39,944 nt of DNA from Catajapyx aquilonaris (GCA_000934665.2 JYFJ02003613.1:1-39944); one strand, 5' to 3'; positions 23,101-36,059 are shown, counted from the first letter of the stretch. Numbers and translations: made by a program. The notes: generated from the letters alone by a model not told the origin.

Positions 23101-26100
23101 ACACCTTCCCGGACCGATTCGGATGAGCATTACAAAGGTGCAGCAGGATTTGGTTGTGCGAATCTGATCCGTGCAGACAGTACGAGCATTGGTACTGGTA
23201 TATCCCATGGTTCTTGTAATGCTGTCGATAAAATTTTCCCTCCGATTAGTTACACGCATGCCATCACTTTCGCCTTCATTTACCTGTATCAGATGTTCGG
23301 ATTTGAAGCTCACGTTGCTGCAAATAGAGCACTTGTAGATACGAGATTCGGGGTGTTCCTTGCTCAAATGATGCTTAAACGCTTCGGGATCGACTGCTCT
23401 GAACTGACATTCGCCTGTAAATAATTCGGATTGTAACGTGCTGCCATTTTTATCAGAAAAATCAGTACGCTCGATAGTCGTCAACAATGGTTGCTACGGT
23501 TGTGAAAAACCGAGGGTCCAATTAAATTTTTGTCGGTTTTAACAATGAATTTCCGTAGCAACCGTTTGTTGACGACTATGGAACGTTTCTCTGAAAGTAA
23601 AAGCGTCTCACCTTGTTTGCATAGGAAAGGCAGCACAACGTCGCCCAATCCGAGGGTGGGCCTTGATTCCTCTTCAGACGGTACGATGGGCAGGATGGGC
23701 ACGTTTATGTAGCAGCCTCGTCTGCTTGCCGCGGACGCGTGTCTCTGCTCCTGGTGCAGGTACATGTAGCTTTGGGTCGCACTGCGGTAGAAGCAGTTGC
23801 AGCACTGGAATGTGGAACGGCCGTGCTCCCAAACGATGTGCTCTAACAAGTCGTCTACGGCTGGAGCGGCGTGCATACAGTAGCTGCATCGGAGGTACTC
23901 TCTGCGGATGTTAATTAACTCGTTAGAAAATGCTGTGTGAGACTAATTAATTAAATTAATTATAGCGCGTCTAACACGTTAGAAAATGCTGCGTAAGACT
24001 AAGTAATTAAATTAATTAGAGTGGGTCGTTAAGACTCGTAACGTCATGTGGTACTCACCTCTTCCCGTCCAATCTCTCCCACAACTTGTCCGCATGTGTC
24101 GTCCCTTCCTTAGCGTCCGTAGCGTGCCTTTGAAGCAAATGGGTCTTGAACATTTCCCGGCTGTCCGTAGTCGCACTGCAATCGCGGGACATACACTTGA
24201 ACAAGTGCCGAAGCTTGTTCAGTTTGCACATCCGGTTGAACACTTCGGCTGGCTTAGTAGACAACGGCCAGCCAGGCGACGGTTGGAGAGTTGTAGCGAT
24301 TGGCGAGTTGCTGGAGGTAACAGATGCGGTCGCTCGGATCAGGACGACTGGAGGAAGGTTCGATCCGGGAAGCAAAACTGGAGCAAGGACAGGCTGTTGC
24401 GGCAAAGTCGCCGGAGCCTGAGAGGACAACGTTAGTCGATTCAACCGGTACGCGAAAAGGTTCGAACTTACGAGCGTCGCCGTGTCGACAGTGGACGCCT
24501 CGGGGTTCAGACTGACGACACTACTAATCTGCAAGGACATGGATCCGCCATCTTCATCGTCATCATCATTCCAGTCGATTAGGCCTGGTGAAATAAACCC
24601 GGATAAGTACACACGCCTCGGGAGAAACCCGCAATTCAAACTTACCATCCCATTCGGCTGGAGTGTCGTCACTCAGATTGACCACCTCCTTATGTTCGCT
24701 CAGCTTGTCGCCGCTTAGACGTCTGACTTGTAGGAATTTCGGGATTTCAGGATTCGAGATTCCCTTCTTCTCGTCCTCGGCTGTTGGGAGTTCAAATGGC
24801 GTCTGCAACGATCCGGTCAGCTTGGCGATTGTGCCGTGCAGTTGGCTCCAGCTTCTCTCTCGCTTAATCCGCTCCTCTTCCGGTTCAGGCTCGTCTATTT
24901 CAAGCGGAGGTTCGTCGTCTTGTTCCGACGGGGCGTCCGATTCCGAGTCGGTCATTAGCGAATCGGATGTTGACGATTCGTATTCGGACGATTCATCCTC
25001 GGAAAGACCTAGAAATAAATCGGAGCCTACTTTAGCGTACTGTGAGTTCGCAATTGTTTTAAAAAGCTTACTGGCGGCGTCGTCCGGTTCCTTTTCCGGC
25101 TCGGGATTCACCGCGTCTGGCGCAGTTTCCGTTGGTTCTTCCGGCACCTCCTCTTCGTCCATCGGCTCCTCTTTAACCATGGCCAGATCGGCCAGCCTTT
25201 GACTAATTCCATCCAACACTTCGGCCACACTTTGTCGTGGCTTCAAACCACGAGCCAACTCGCTTCCCAGCCGCACCCGTTCCTCCACAAGCTCGATCTC
25301 GTTTTGGGTCGGATCAATTTGGGTCAAAAATGCGGAGGGATCGGTGTCCGCGCTGCGTCTTATCCAACGTCCCTGTGGCGGTTCGGAAACTGGCTTTTTT
25401 GGGACATCAACTTTGATAGGCTCCGGTTCCGGCTCCGGCTCAGGCAGAGTCGACTCGCTTCGAAGCACAGATATCAATGTAATTTCAGCAGACGTGTGAT
25501 GAACCTCGATGTGCGCTTGAACCCTGCTGCGGCACAGTTGATAGAAGCGGCATTCATTACACATGTATACCGTCCCATCGAAAGCATCGAAATCTTCATC
25601 GTCGAGCGTCGCCACGATGTTCGCCTCGCCTTTATGACGCCTCACACGGTGGTGAGTTATCATCGAGGGCTTCCATCCACGGTATGAGCATGATCCGCAC
25701 TTGTACCTGAAAAATTCACGGTTTTAAAATAAAATTACTTGAGCGATGATACGATGCGATGTAAACGAGGCAGATCAACGTACCTGTATTCGCCGGTATG
25801 CCACGTCATATGTTCGTACATCAGCTCCTTCGAGTCAATCGGATCTCCACACAGCGCGCAGTACGAGGGCCAACTAATGTCCGTCTCATCCGCCGGGTCG
25901 ATCTCCTTCAAATGCTTCTCCGCCCTCACCGGAATCTCCACGCCCGGATGGGTCTGAACGTAATGTTGTACCAACGCCTTTCGCGAAGAGAATGGACACA
26001 TGTGGCATCGGAGCGAATCTGGGAAGTATTCGCCGCGATATTTGCGGCGACGGCCGACGGGAAATGCGCCTGTTTGTGTTCCCGGCGTCTTCTTCTTCTG

Positions 26101-29100
26101 CGGGACGATCCGCTTCCGACGACGACGTTTCCGAGGCTGAGACATCAGCGACTTTGGAGTCGATGCGTTCGACATCGTTGTGTTGATCGAGTCGTCATCA
26201 CCGTCAACGTCGATGTCCATCGCATCACGAGAATCCTCCGCAAATCTGTAAACATCAGTGGGTCATTAATCTACCCGCAACATAACGACTAACGACTTAC
26301 CCGTCGTCATCGTGGTGTGCGTCGTCCTCTTCGTCATCCTCGGATGCCACTTTAGATCCCGTCTCTTGGCTCGATTCAGGTTTGGACTCCTCAGCCGCAG
26401 ATTCAATCGGAGCATCAACTTCCGCCGTTTCCATCAGCTGGGGCTGTTCCACTACCGGCTCCTGAACCCGCTCCATTTGCCGTGCGCACCGTCTGGTAGC
26501 CAACACCTTCTTATCATCATACCCGATTTCCTTCAGGTCGGCATGAAGCCGTTCAAGTGACGAGCGTCGTTTGATCTGTCGCTTCTGAACCGGATTCGCA
26601 GCCGATTCATCTTCAGACTCGGATGAAACTCTTCTGGTAGGTGCCGCCTTTAGTAGATCAAACGGATCTGTCGGTTTAGATGCATCAGTCTTTTTAACTC
26701 TAGATCTGCCTCGTCTGGATGCGGCCATTCGTTCAACGAGAGTCATCTCCGACTCGCTGTCCGTGGTTTCTGCCAATTTCCTCAGCGCCACTTTGGGCGA
26801 AAATGACTTCTTCTTAGCCAACCTTTCTGCCAGAGATAAGTTGGATTCGCTATCCGATTCAGACTTGGCCGTAGCGATTTTCTCAGAGGCTGAATCGGAC
26901 TTGGGGTGCTTTGTGTCCGGATCTGACTTAGTCTTTTCCTGCTTCTTGTCCGTCTTTTGAGGTGATTTGTCCTTAGTTTGCGCTTCCAACTCGGAATCGC
27001 TTTCGGGCAGTATAAGCCTATGTTTCTTGTCCTTTGTCGCTTTCTTAGACCTGGTTTTCAACTCGTCCGATTCATCCGAACTGTCCTTTCCTTTCCGTTT
27101 CGATGGCGACTCTGTGCTGCTGTCCTTTCGTTTTGATGGCGATTCTGTGCTGCTGTCCTTTCGTTTGGAGATTCGATCGGCACTTTTACGTCTTCGTCTC
27201 GCCCTGTCCGAATCACTAGAGCTGTCCCGCTTTGACTTCGATTTGTCCCGCTTCCTTCTGCGGTCACTGTCCGAGTCGCTACGTTGCTTCCGCCGCTTAT
27301 GATCATCCGAGTCCGAACCCCTCTTTGATTTATCCCGTCTTCGACTGTCCGAGTCCGACTCCGAATCCGAACTAGAATCCGATTCGCTATCGGACACCAT
27401 CCTGTTCTTCCTCTTAGTCTTCCGTTTCTTACTCTTCTTACTTCCGGAGTTATCGCGAATACTGCTAATCAGCTCTTTGAACAAATCGGCCAAGTCTCCC
27501 TTCTTGGTGTCCTTTCCAAGCAATGCGGACAAGTCTGATTCGAGTGACGACTCTGCTGGTGGTTCACTCTGCGGTTGCGGCGGTGACGGCTCAGGTTGCG
27601 GTACAGGAAGCGGCGGAGCTTCTCCCTTTTTAATCTTTGGGATTTTAAACTTCTGAAGCCCGTAACCTTTCCCGGTTTGGGTATCCGCGGATTTGACGTC
27701 GTAAAGCGAGTCGAGCGGGGACTTAATGTTGGACTGCGGCTGAAGCGGTGGTGGTCTGAACCCCTTTCCGAACCCCTTTCCTGAATGAATCGCATCCCGC
27801 TGTGCACGCAAACGTGCTTCAGCCTTCTTCCTTTCATCGTGTCGTTCCTTCCGCATCATTGCCTTGCTCTGGAAGTTTAAAAAAAACGTTAGTTTCATTG
27901 CGAACTGCCTTAGTCGAATTAAATCCCATTTGCAGAACTTACTCTATGGTTGTCCTGCTTTGTTTGTAGCTTGTTAACATGATATGGCTTTTGCGGCTCT
28001 TTCTGCGGCGCCTGTGGACCCGCCCTGTGTGTCGGGCGTTGATCTGGAACTCTCGGTTCCTCTCGTCTCATGTCCGTCCCTCTTCCCTCGTTCTTATGCG
28101 GCCTGGGGTCGTGAATAGGAGGCTTTCCAGCTGCGAACGGCTGCTCCCATGGCTTCTGGTTCATCCCAAACGAGGTGGACGGCCTGGTTATGAGCGGCTT
28201 TCGGACTGTCAGTTGCGGCAAAGGCGGCGGAAGAGGTCGTGGCTTCCATTGCGAGGGACCAGGCTGCTGGTGAACCACAGGCTGCTGGTGAAGCATCGGC
28301 TGCGGTTGGAGCATCGGCTGCGGTTGTAGCATCGGCTGCGGTTGTAGCATCGGCGGCTGGTTGATCAGCTGCGGACGCTGTTGTTGGAAGATCATCTGAG
28401 GCTTCGGTGGCATTATCGGCGGCTTCTGTTGCATTATCAGCGGCTGGTTGAAACGTGGTTGGCGACCCTACAATTTTTCACAAACAAAAAGTTGACATTG
28501 TGACTTTCACCAAACAAACAGTTACGTACTATTGATGTGACGACTCCGATTGGTTGGTGTTGCTGTGGCGGAGTTGGATGCCTCGGTGGTGTCTGATATG
28601 CTGGCCTGTAGTGAGCCACGTCCGTCTCAATCAGCGGCACTATGCCTTTCGGTTGAGATATCGGCAAGATCGGCTGTGATGGCGGCGGAACCGGAGTCGG
28701 AGTTGACGTGAGATGAACCGGAATTGGTCGTCCTAATGGTGGAGGATGAGTCGGGGAAGGATGGGAACTGGTGCTAGAAGCTGGCGAGTTCCATGGGCCG
28801 CCTCGGGGACTGTTTTTATGTAAAAATGGCGGCGGAGACATGGTTGACATCTGCAAACAAAAGTTGTTAACGATTGAAGTTCCTGTAAACGCAACTGACT
28901 AACCTCCTTCGGATCGCTGTTTCGCCTGAGACGCGGATCTCTCGATTCGCCTCCAGCAGTGTGCGGCAAATTACGTGGATCCGGCATGTTACGTGGATCC
29001 GGCATATTGCGAGGATCCGGTAAATTGCGCGGATCCCGCACTCTCGGATCCCGACATGGCACTGCGGCCACATTTCCCGCTGCCATCCGTCCCATACGAT

Positions 29101-32100
29101 GTATCTCCATCACGTCCTCCTTCAGCCGCGACTTAACGCCTTTCTTGTCAGCGTCAGACTGTCTGGACTCCTCCTCATTCTTGGTCCATTCCTGCATCAG
29201 ATCGTTGAGGTCAGTGTCCGACAGCGGCGGACCCGAGAGCCGACTCCGCATTCTAGCCAAATCCAGCGTAATCTCCTCTCTGTCCGGGACATGCGAATCA
29301 GGTCCCAGCAGCGGAATTTGCGGGGAGTCTTCATTCACAAGCGGAATTTGCGGGCTGTCGTATGATACCGATGGGGATGAACCTTCCGAATCTGTGTGGC
29401 CCATCAGCTTCTTCAGCTTCTCCAGGCCGTGCTTTAAGATCGTGCCTTTGGGTTCCCCCGAGTGGGTCGAGTTGTGCTCATTCTCGGGCCGAACCGCGAC
29501 CTTCAGACGCTGGAGAGTATGTTGGAGCATCGAGGTGTCAGGCGACGAATGCCGGAAGAGATCGTTCTCCAGGTTGTGGTTCAGCATCTTGCTCATCACC
29601 TGCGGACAACAAATTCAAAGCCCCTTCACTAGTCGAACGGCATGAAAATGGAGCTGGATTTAAGCCAACTGAAGCTACCGTCAATTGTTCGAAATTATTA
29701 CTCAAACATCTCGGGCAGGTATGTTTTCTAATGTAAACTTGTGCACCAGAATTATCAAAATATCCGTCCGTACCTGTATTGGCTTTAGACCAACAGGTGG
29801 CCTTTCCACATTCGATCCCATCCTTAGATCGGCCCTAGGTGGCGGCGGCGGCGGCTGCTGCTGCTGCTGCGGTGGCGGTGGTTTAGACGTGGGTCCATAG
29901 CCAAAAGACGCCTCGGTCGGAATAATCATGGGCTGCTTCACCCTCGGGTCAAACCGAGCCGCATTGAACTTGTGCTCAGGGCTGGGGCTCCTCGGAGTCG
30001 GGCTTGCTGGCTTTTCCGCAGGTGGCATCTCTTCGTCGTCGTCTCGAAGCTCTCCTTCCTCCGGGCTGTCCACGTAGGACCTTGAATGCACCGCGGAAAG
30101 TTGGGGAGGCTTCTTAAGGGTGGGAACGGGTCTAGACAACTGTTTGTCAGACTCGGGCTTGTAAATGTTAACTTTGGGGGCTTCGGGCTCGGAAAACGCT
30201 CTTGGTGGTGGGCTGCATGAAGCGTGAGGAACGCAGAGAAGCAAAAGACAAAGCACAAAAATAAATAAGCACAAAAATAAATAAAAAATTATAAAAATAA
30301 ATAGGAATAAAAACAAATAATCCCTTCGAAGGAATAAACATAAAAGCCAAATGTGACGAGCAAGGATAATTAGTAGCATGCAGGATTTAAAAGCACATGA
30401 GACATATCCTTTAAAAAAAAGTACTCAAGTAAATGTACATGCAATTATCGACACCACATACCCTAATTAATTACAACTCATGACCATATTTATGCGGAGG
30501 AAAATACTACTAACAAAAAAGGTCGTACATACACTAAGAAGTGTAATTATAGACCCAAATTATTTAAAATTGAGGCCATTAATATGCTAATTTATTTTAG
30601 GGCTTCATTATTTTTAACGAACTGAACTATACATCAGGTCTGCCGTTTTGTGATTAAGATTAATTAGTACACTTACAGTTGCCTTGTTTTTGGTACTCTG
30701 TCGCCCAACTTTTGCGACTTAACGGCAAACGAGAGGCCTCCTTTTGATGCTCCCGAAGCTGCGTTTCTACTCCCAGATCGATCTCCCAAGTTGCCGTCAT
30801 TCGGCTGCAATATAAAGTAAAATTACACATATCACGTTCACAGTTATTACCTGATTCATGCAGTATTTTTTTTCTCTATAATCTAAAAATATCAACTTAC
30901 GCCATTAACCTTCTCGTACAGCTTCAGTAATACTTCCTCGCAGCGATAGAGGGTCGCAATCTTCAACCTGAAATCAACAAGGCCGTATCTTTTTTATAGT
31001 CGGCACATCATGACCTTCCCTCACAAAAATATTATCATTTCCTTATCTTCATATGCTTTGTTTACCAGTAATGCCAACAAATGTTATAAACAGGCCGAAC
31101 TTAGAATAAGTACTTTATGTGCTGCTATGGCGAGCCTTATGGACTCGGCCCGTTCAAAATGTAATCTTCTGGCCGAGGAATTTTCAAGTGTACTTCTGTC
31201 ACATGTGACGGACACAGTAAATATTATGTTGTGCGCTTCTATGTAATTGAAGGCTAATCGATTTTTTTTTTTTGCCAAACCCACTTTTTGTTAGGGTCGG
31301 CTAGTATGTCGTAGAGGGACTTCATCTTTTTCAGCTGAGCGTCCCTGCTGTGATCTTTGGCCTTCTGGAGCTTGTTAATCATGTCCTCGAGGAAGGGCAT
31401 GAACTTCTTCATCTCCTTCAGCTTGTCTTGGTAACGAGCCTCCTCCGACATGGCAGGTTTGGCAGAGACAGATGACGAAGAGGACGTCCCCCCGCCATCT
31501 AGAGAGTGAAAGGCTCCGTGATATAAAAAGGAATACATAGCAACGCAGAAATTCATTTACAGTGTACGACCTGAGGTACCGCATAAAATAACTGAACCAA
31601 ATAATGAAATATTACGTAAACAGGAGGAAACGATTACATTCATTATTCGCAAATAACCAGCTTTTTAACTAAATTGAAATAAAGAGCAAATGAACTATTT
31701 ACACAAATTGAAATAAATAGTACTTGGCTACATAAATTGAAAAAGCAATTACATTGAAATAAAGAGCAATTAGCTACCTACATGAATTGAAAGCAAGAGC
31801 AACTAGCTATTTAAATCAAGAGCGATTAGCTATTATCAAATTATTACTTGCTACTGTAATTAGGAAATAAATAGCAATCAGCAAATATTCAAAATTGACA
31901 TTATAAGCTGAGTATATGAAGGCAAATATATTGTATTATTAAAAATCTGACATTTAACGAACCTGGGAAATTAAAAGTAATTAAGAGTTAATGAAACTGA
32001 CACAAAAAAAATGTAGTGAAGCGTATTTAAAATTGACAATATTCTTAAACATTATCAGTCGAGTATTACGAGGGAATAATTTTACAAAATGACACTTAAC

Positions 32101-32304
32101 GTACCTCAAATTAACAGTAATTAAGTGCTTAATCAAACTGTAGTGAAGCAAAACTATTTAAAACCAGAATATATCCTTAAATATTATCAGTTATTATTAT
32201 GAGTGAATTGAACGTTTTACAAACTGACACTTAGCTTCAAATTAAAGAGTAATTAAGTAGTAAACAACATTACCTGTCTCAGGTTTATTCCCCTGGAATA
32301 CCAT
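17153..32304 (-). CDS. sov: Very large multi-C2H2 zinc-finger nuclear protein with N-terminal MED15-central-like domain; probable small ovary (Sov)-like heterochromatin factor, ~3,525 aa
   Basis: Phase-consistent exons: 32304-32274, 31498-31285, 30967-30901, 30804-30677, 30212-29774, 29599-28904, 28850-28530, 28467-27943, 27868-26301, 26245-25784, 25706-24646, 24584-24059, 23901-23612, 23414-23284, 23221-22456, 22398-22097, 22043-21584, 20641-20297, 19616-18859, 18791-18554, 18496-18097, 18044-17777, 17734-17153. They sum to 10578 nt, divisible by 3. About 26 C2H2-type fingers counted by eye. The gene model is strong; the sov identity is inferred from size and architecture only (about 0.6). 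Confidence 0.88.
19935..20161. mobile_element. MITE-like element with PIF/Harbinger-like TIRs, intronic
   Basis: GGCTGTGTTTACTTGTGATCGATTCG versus the reverse complement of the right end, GGCTGCGTTTACTTGCGAGCGATTCG (23/26). TSD ambiguous. Confidence 0.65.
20781..21241. mobile_element. Non-autonomous TIR element enclosing a ~20-bp tandem array, flanked by a direct repeat
   Basis: GAGGGGGTTAGTCACTT ... AAGTGACTAACCCCCTC perfect 17-bp TIR. AAAATAC on both flanks. Interior (ggacttcagctggactttaa)n with one N at 21105. Confidence 0.85.
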
Positions 32305-33274
32305 CTTTTCAGTCTGACGTCTGGCAGTGAAGTCTCAGTATCAAAAAACCGGCACCTGGAAACAGAAGGTGCAGTTGGATCTATTTTTGACTCAAAAAAA
32401 AAAGCTTGCGTAATATTGATTCAAAAAACAAAACCGACCAAATAAACAATTTCACATGTGCCCCACCCAGTAGTGCACATACAATGCTTACGTGTAATGA
32501 CCTACTAAAGCCTGGCATTTCCCTCCCCGCCTCGTTCAATTGGCAAAAGAGGGGAACAAGGTTCGATGGCCAGGCACACACACAATGAAATTTTAATGTG
32601 GCAAATATCCATCCACGACCTTGCCTAACAATCGCTACGGGTATGGCTACACATGGGTCGGGGGGAAACATCCGAAAAGCGGCATCATCCGTCTTTACAC
32701 TTCCATCTAAATTGGTGCACATGATCAATAACACGCAGCATATAATAATTTCCACACTGCCAAGATTTAACGCACCAAATGTACTTTTATGAGCCTGGCC
32801 GTATTCAAATGGTCTTAACAGCTGATAAAAGAGTAACGCAAAATTGCTTGGATTATTTGACGACTGGAATAAGTTTGCAGGACATGTTGTTGCTAATGGT
32901 GACTTATTCAGGAAGCACTTGTGTACCTATGATATTAAAAATGAAAGCGACTGAACTGATTGTCATTAAATGAAGACTTAAACGTGACGAGATGTAACAC
33001 ATGAAGTGATTTTGTTCTGACATATTAAACATGCAGAAATAATCTTGATTAAGTATAAGAAGTGGATAAGTGTCAAATGAAAGTGCAATGAGTAGTGATA
33101 ATTATGATTAGAGTGTAAATCTCATGCCAATTATAACGAAATGATTGGTGTGCAAAAGTTGAGGCTAACAGCCAAATGAAAACAATTTCGAAAGTTAATC
33201 ATGATTAACTTAATGACACATGCCCATTACGCTAATCATTCACACCACTCCATCGAGATTGAAAGTAAACTCTG

Positions 33275-33436
33275 AGTACCATTAGTTAAATTAATCACCA
33301 TCAACTTAAATACACATTTAGGTTAATGATCATTCTGAACTGCTAAATGAAAAATATTAAGGTGGCTGTTTTATTAGTTAATCATTAACCTAAATGTGTA
33401 TTTAAGTTGATTGTAATTAATTTAACCATTGGTACT
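33275..33436. repeat. Long inverted repeat (56-bp arms, 50-nt loop); MITE or hairpin
   Basis: 33275-33330 versus 33381-33436, about 4 mismatches. Confidence 0.85.
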
Positions 33437-35099
33437 GAAAATGGCAAGTTCTTGGCAGCAATACGTCCAATGAAGAATGGCCAATTGCAAGAGCAAAAGA
33501 TTTGTACATGTTACTGATAGTGTGCGCGCTGATGATATACTGATGTTCAGAAGTTTAAAGTAAGTAGGTCACGATGATTCAATGTAAAAAATTGTACACA
33601 TCCACACACGAAATGTCATGTGATGAAAAAAAGTGACATGTGCTCATTATGTGCAGAAGTATGAGCTCTGTCAGCTGTTCTGATGTAAATCCCTGTGTAA
33701 CGATGCACATTCTGTGCCACACCGACACAAATCTGCAGCTGCCACAATTGCAACTTGCACCTGGGTGCATCCGTGTGTTGCCAAGGAAGCATTATTTCCA
33801 CTCCTGCACTCAGGGTCGGCCATATCTTTGCCAGCATTTTCAGCCATATAAGTTGCCCTCATTCCAAGTGTGTTATCATCGGCACATGGCTTTCATTTTG
33901 TCAATAAGCCAACTCTTGTGATCTCATGATGGCAGCCATCTTGTAGACATAAGATACACATCATGAAATGTTCATCATGTAAACTCCATTTCAATATGTT
34001 TGTTCATTCTGTAACGTTTCAAGGCTTTTACTTTGGCTGGAATATCAATATGGTAATGGCATCAATGGTGAATGTTTCCGTGGGTAAATTTGCAGAAGTG
34101 CAGCACAGCCAGGTTTCCAACAACCATGATGATCAGGAACAGTTTTTCGCCACGAGTTAACCGCGGCTACTGTTGAGCTCTTCTTGTCAAAATAAAAATT
34201 CTCCTTGTTGTCCGTTATGGTCACAGCCATTTTACTGAATACCTTCAGAATATCTCCCATGCTGCAAATAAGTCAAAGTTTTTTAAAACTGAAAATGTTA
34301 GAACCATACTGTAAAAAGAAGAAACTTACTCATAATACACCATGTCTGGCAGCATAACCATGTTACATGTTGGTATGTTCATGTAATTTCAGCAAGCATA
34401 AAATTATAATCAAGGTCACTATTGAAAAATTAGGTCATGATGCCACATTTCTGGATACGAAATGAAATCACAAAGGAACTATGATACAAAAAGTTCAGCT
34501 CAAGTTTTGGAGGCTCTTAAATAATGTCCACCTTTTTTAGGGAGTCAAAATCAGTGCATATAGTCATGTTTTGTGCAACCAGGTTCTAAAACATGCAAAC
34601 TTCCAGCATCATAAGTTATTGAGCATACCACCAACAAAAATCCTGGCACAACATATATTACGCGTAACATCACCTGATATATCCAACTACTGCATCTGGC
34701 TGCTACAGTATTACATGCATGCACATGTGGCAAAACAAGATTGTACTTCCAATCTTTTCTGGCCATGTTTATGAAATGAAAAATTGTTGAGGTACTCACT
34801 TTATGCTTTTTGCCCCAAGAAAACTTTTTCAACAAGAAGTTTTATGCAGCTTCCAAAAATCAAGCCAATTTCTGCAAAGTTCCTTTGAGTTTCCATGTGT
34901 AATGTTTTTAGAAGTGACTCAGGCAACTAAGGCGATTAAAAGGACTGGATAGAGAGAAAAAAAAGAGGGTGTTTCCATGTGCACCGGTAATGCAAATCCA
35001 CCCAATCCCAGTACCCAAAACATCACTGCAGCTGTACTCCTCTAATGCGGTTGGGACATAACTCCACTTGTGATATTGCTTCTAGAACATTCTCGTGCC

Positions 35100-35870
35100 C
35101 ACAATGTTCCTGCAATTCCTTAGAGATTCTTTTTTAATTCCTTATGGACCAGCTTTGTAACCCTTTGTGTTTCTGTAATCCCCTACGCACTTCCTGCAAC
35201 TTATAATGCACCATTATGTTTCCACAATCCCTTATGCACTAGTATTGTAATCCTTAATGCACCAATGTGTTTCCAGAATTCCTTATCCACTTCCTGCAAT
35301 GCATTATGCACCGTTATGCTCCTGCAATTCCTCATGCACTGTTATGTTCCTGCAAAAATCTTTTTTGCACTTCCCGCAATAATTCCTGTAATGCACCATT
35401 ATTTTCCTGCAAATTATTTTGCACCTTACGATTCTGCCATCCTTATGCACTTTCTAAAATCCATTATGCACCTAATGATTCCGCATTCCTTATAATATGC
35501 TCCTGCAAATCATTTTGCACCATATGATTCCGCAATCATTATATGCACTTCCTGCAATTTCATCATGCACCGGTACTGTTGTTGCTGCAATCCTTATGCA
35601 CTTCCTGCAATTCATTATCTTTACTTATGCACTTCCTTTAATTCCTCATGCACTATTATGTCTCCGGAATTCCTGATGCACTTCCTGCAATTTACTTATG
35701 CGCTTCCTTTAATTCCTTATGCACTCTTACGTCTCTGGAATCCCCTGATGCACTGTTATGTTTCCGGGGAATTCTTTATGCACCGTTATGTCTCCAGAAT
35801 TCCTTATGCAATTCCTGCAATTCCATATGCACCGCCATGTTCCCACACAACTCCTCATGTCCTCTTATGT
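35100..35870. repeat. Degenerate tandem repeat built on ttcctgcaattccttatgcac
   Basis: Many variant copies with ~30-bp periodicity. Confidence 0.85.
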
Positions 35871-36059
35871 GCACCTAGTGCTTCCCCCCCACTTGCCATT
35901 ACCTCACCTTTATGCTCCAACAAAAACCCTGTTCATGCTCTCATGCCCCCAAAACATTCCATGGAACCCAACCCTAACTAGGCTGGGGTTCCACTGAATG
36001 TTCCATGCAATTTCTCTCTGTCTACTTTTTCCTACCACCATGAAATTTACCCATCACTA

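Noticed and set aside
26301..27868. K/R/S/D-rich 533-aa ORF as a separate SR-like gene
   Set aside because: Bounded by phase-compatible splice sites, so it is an internal exon of the zinc-finger gene.
30901..31498. Calling this locus MED15
   Set aside because: Only the central helical domain matches. There is no KIX domain, and the frame splices onward into a multi-zinc-finger protein.
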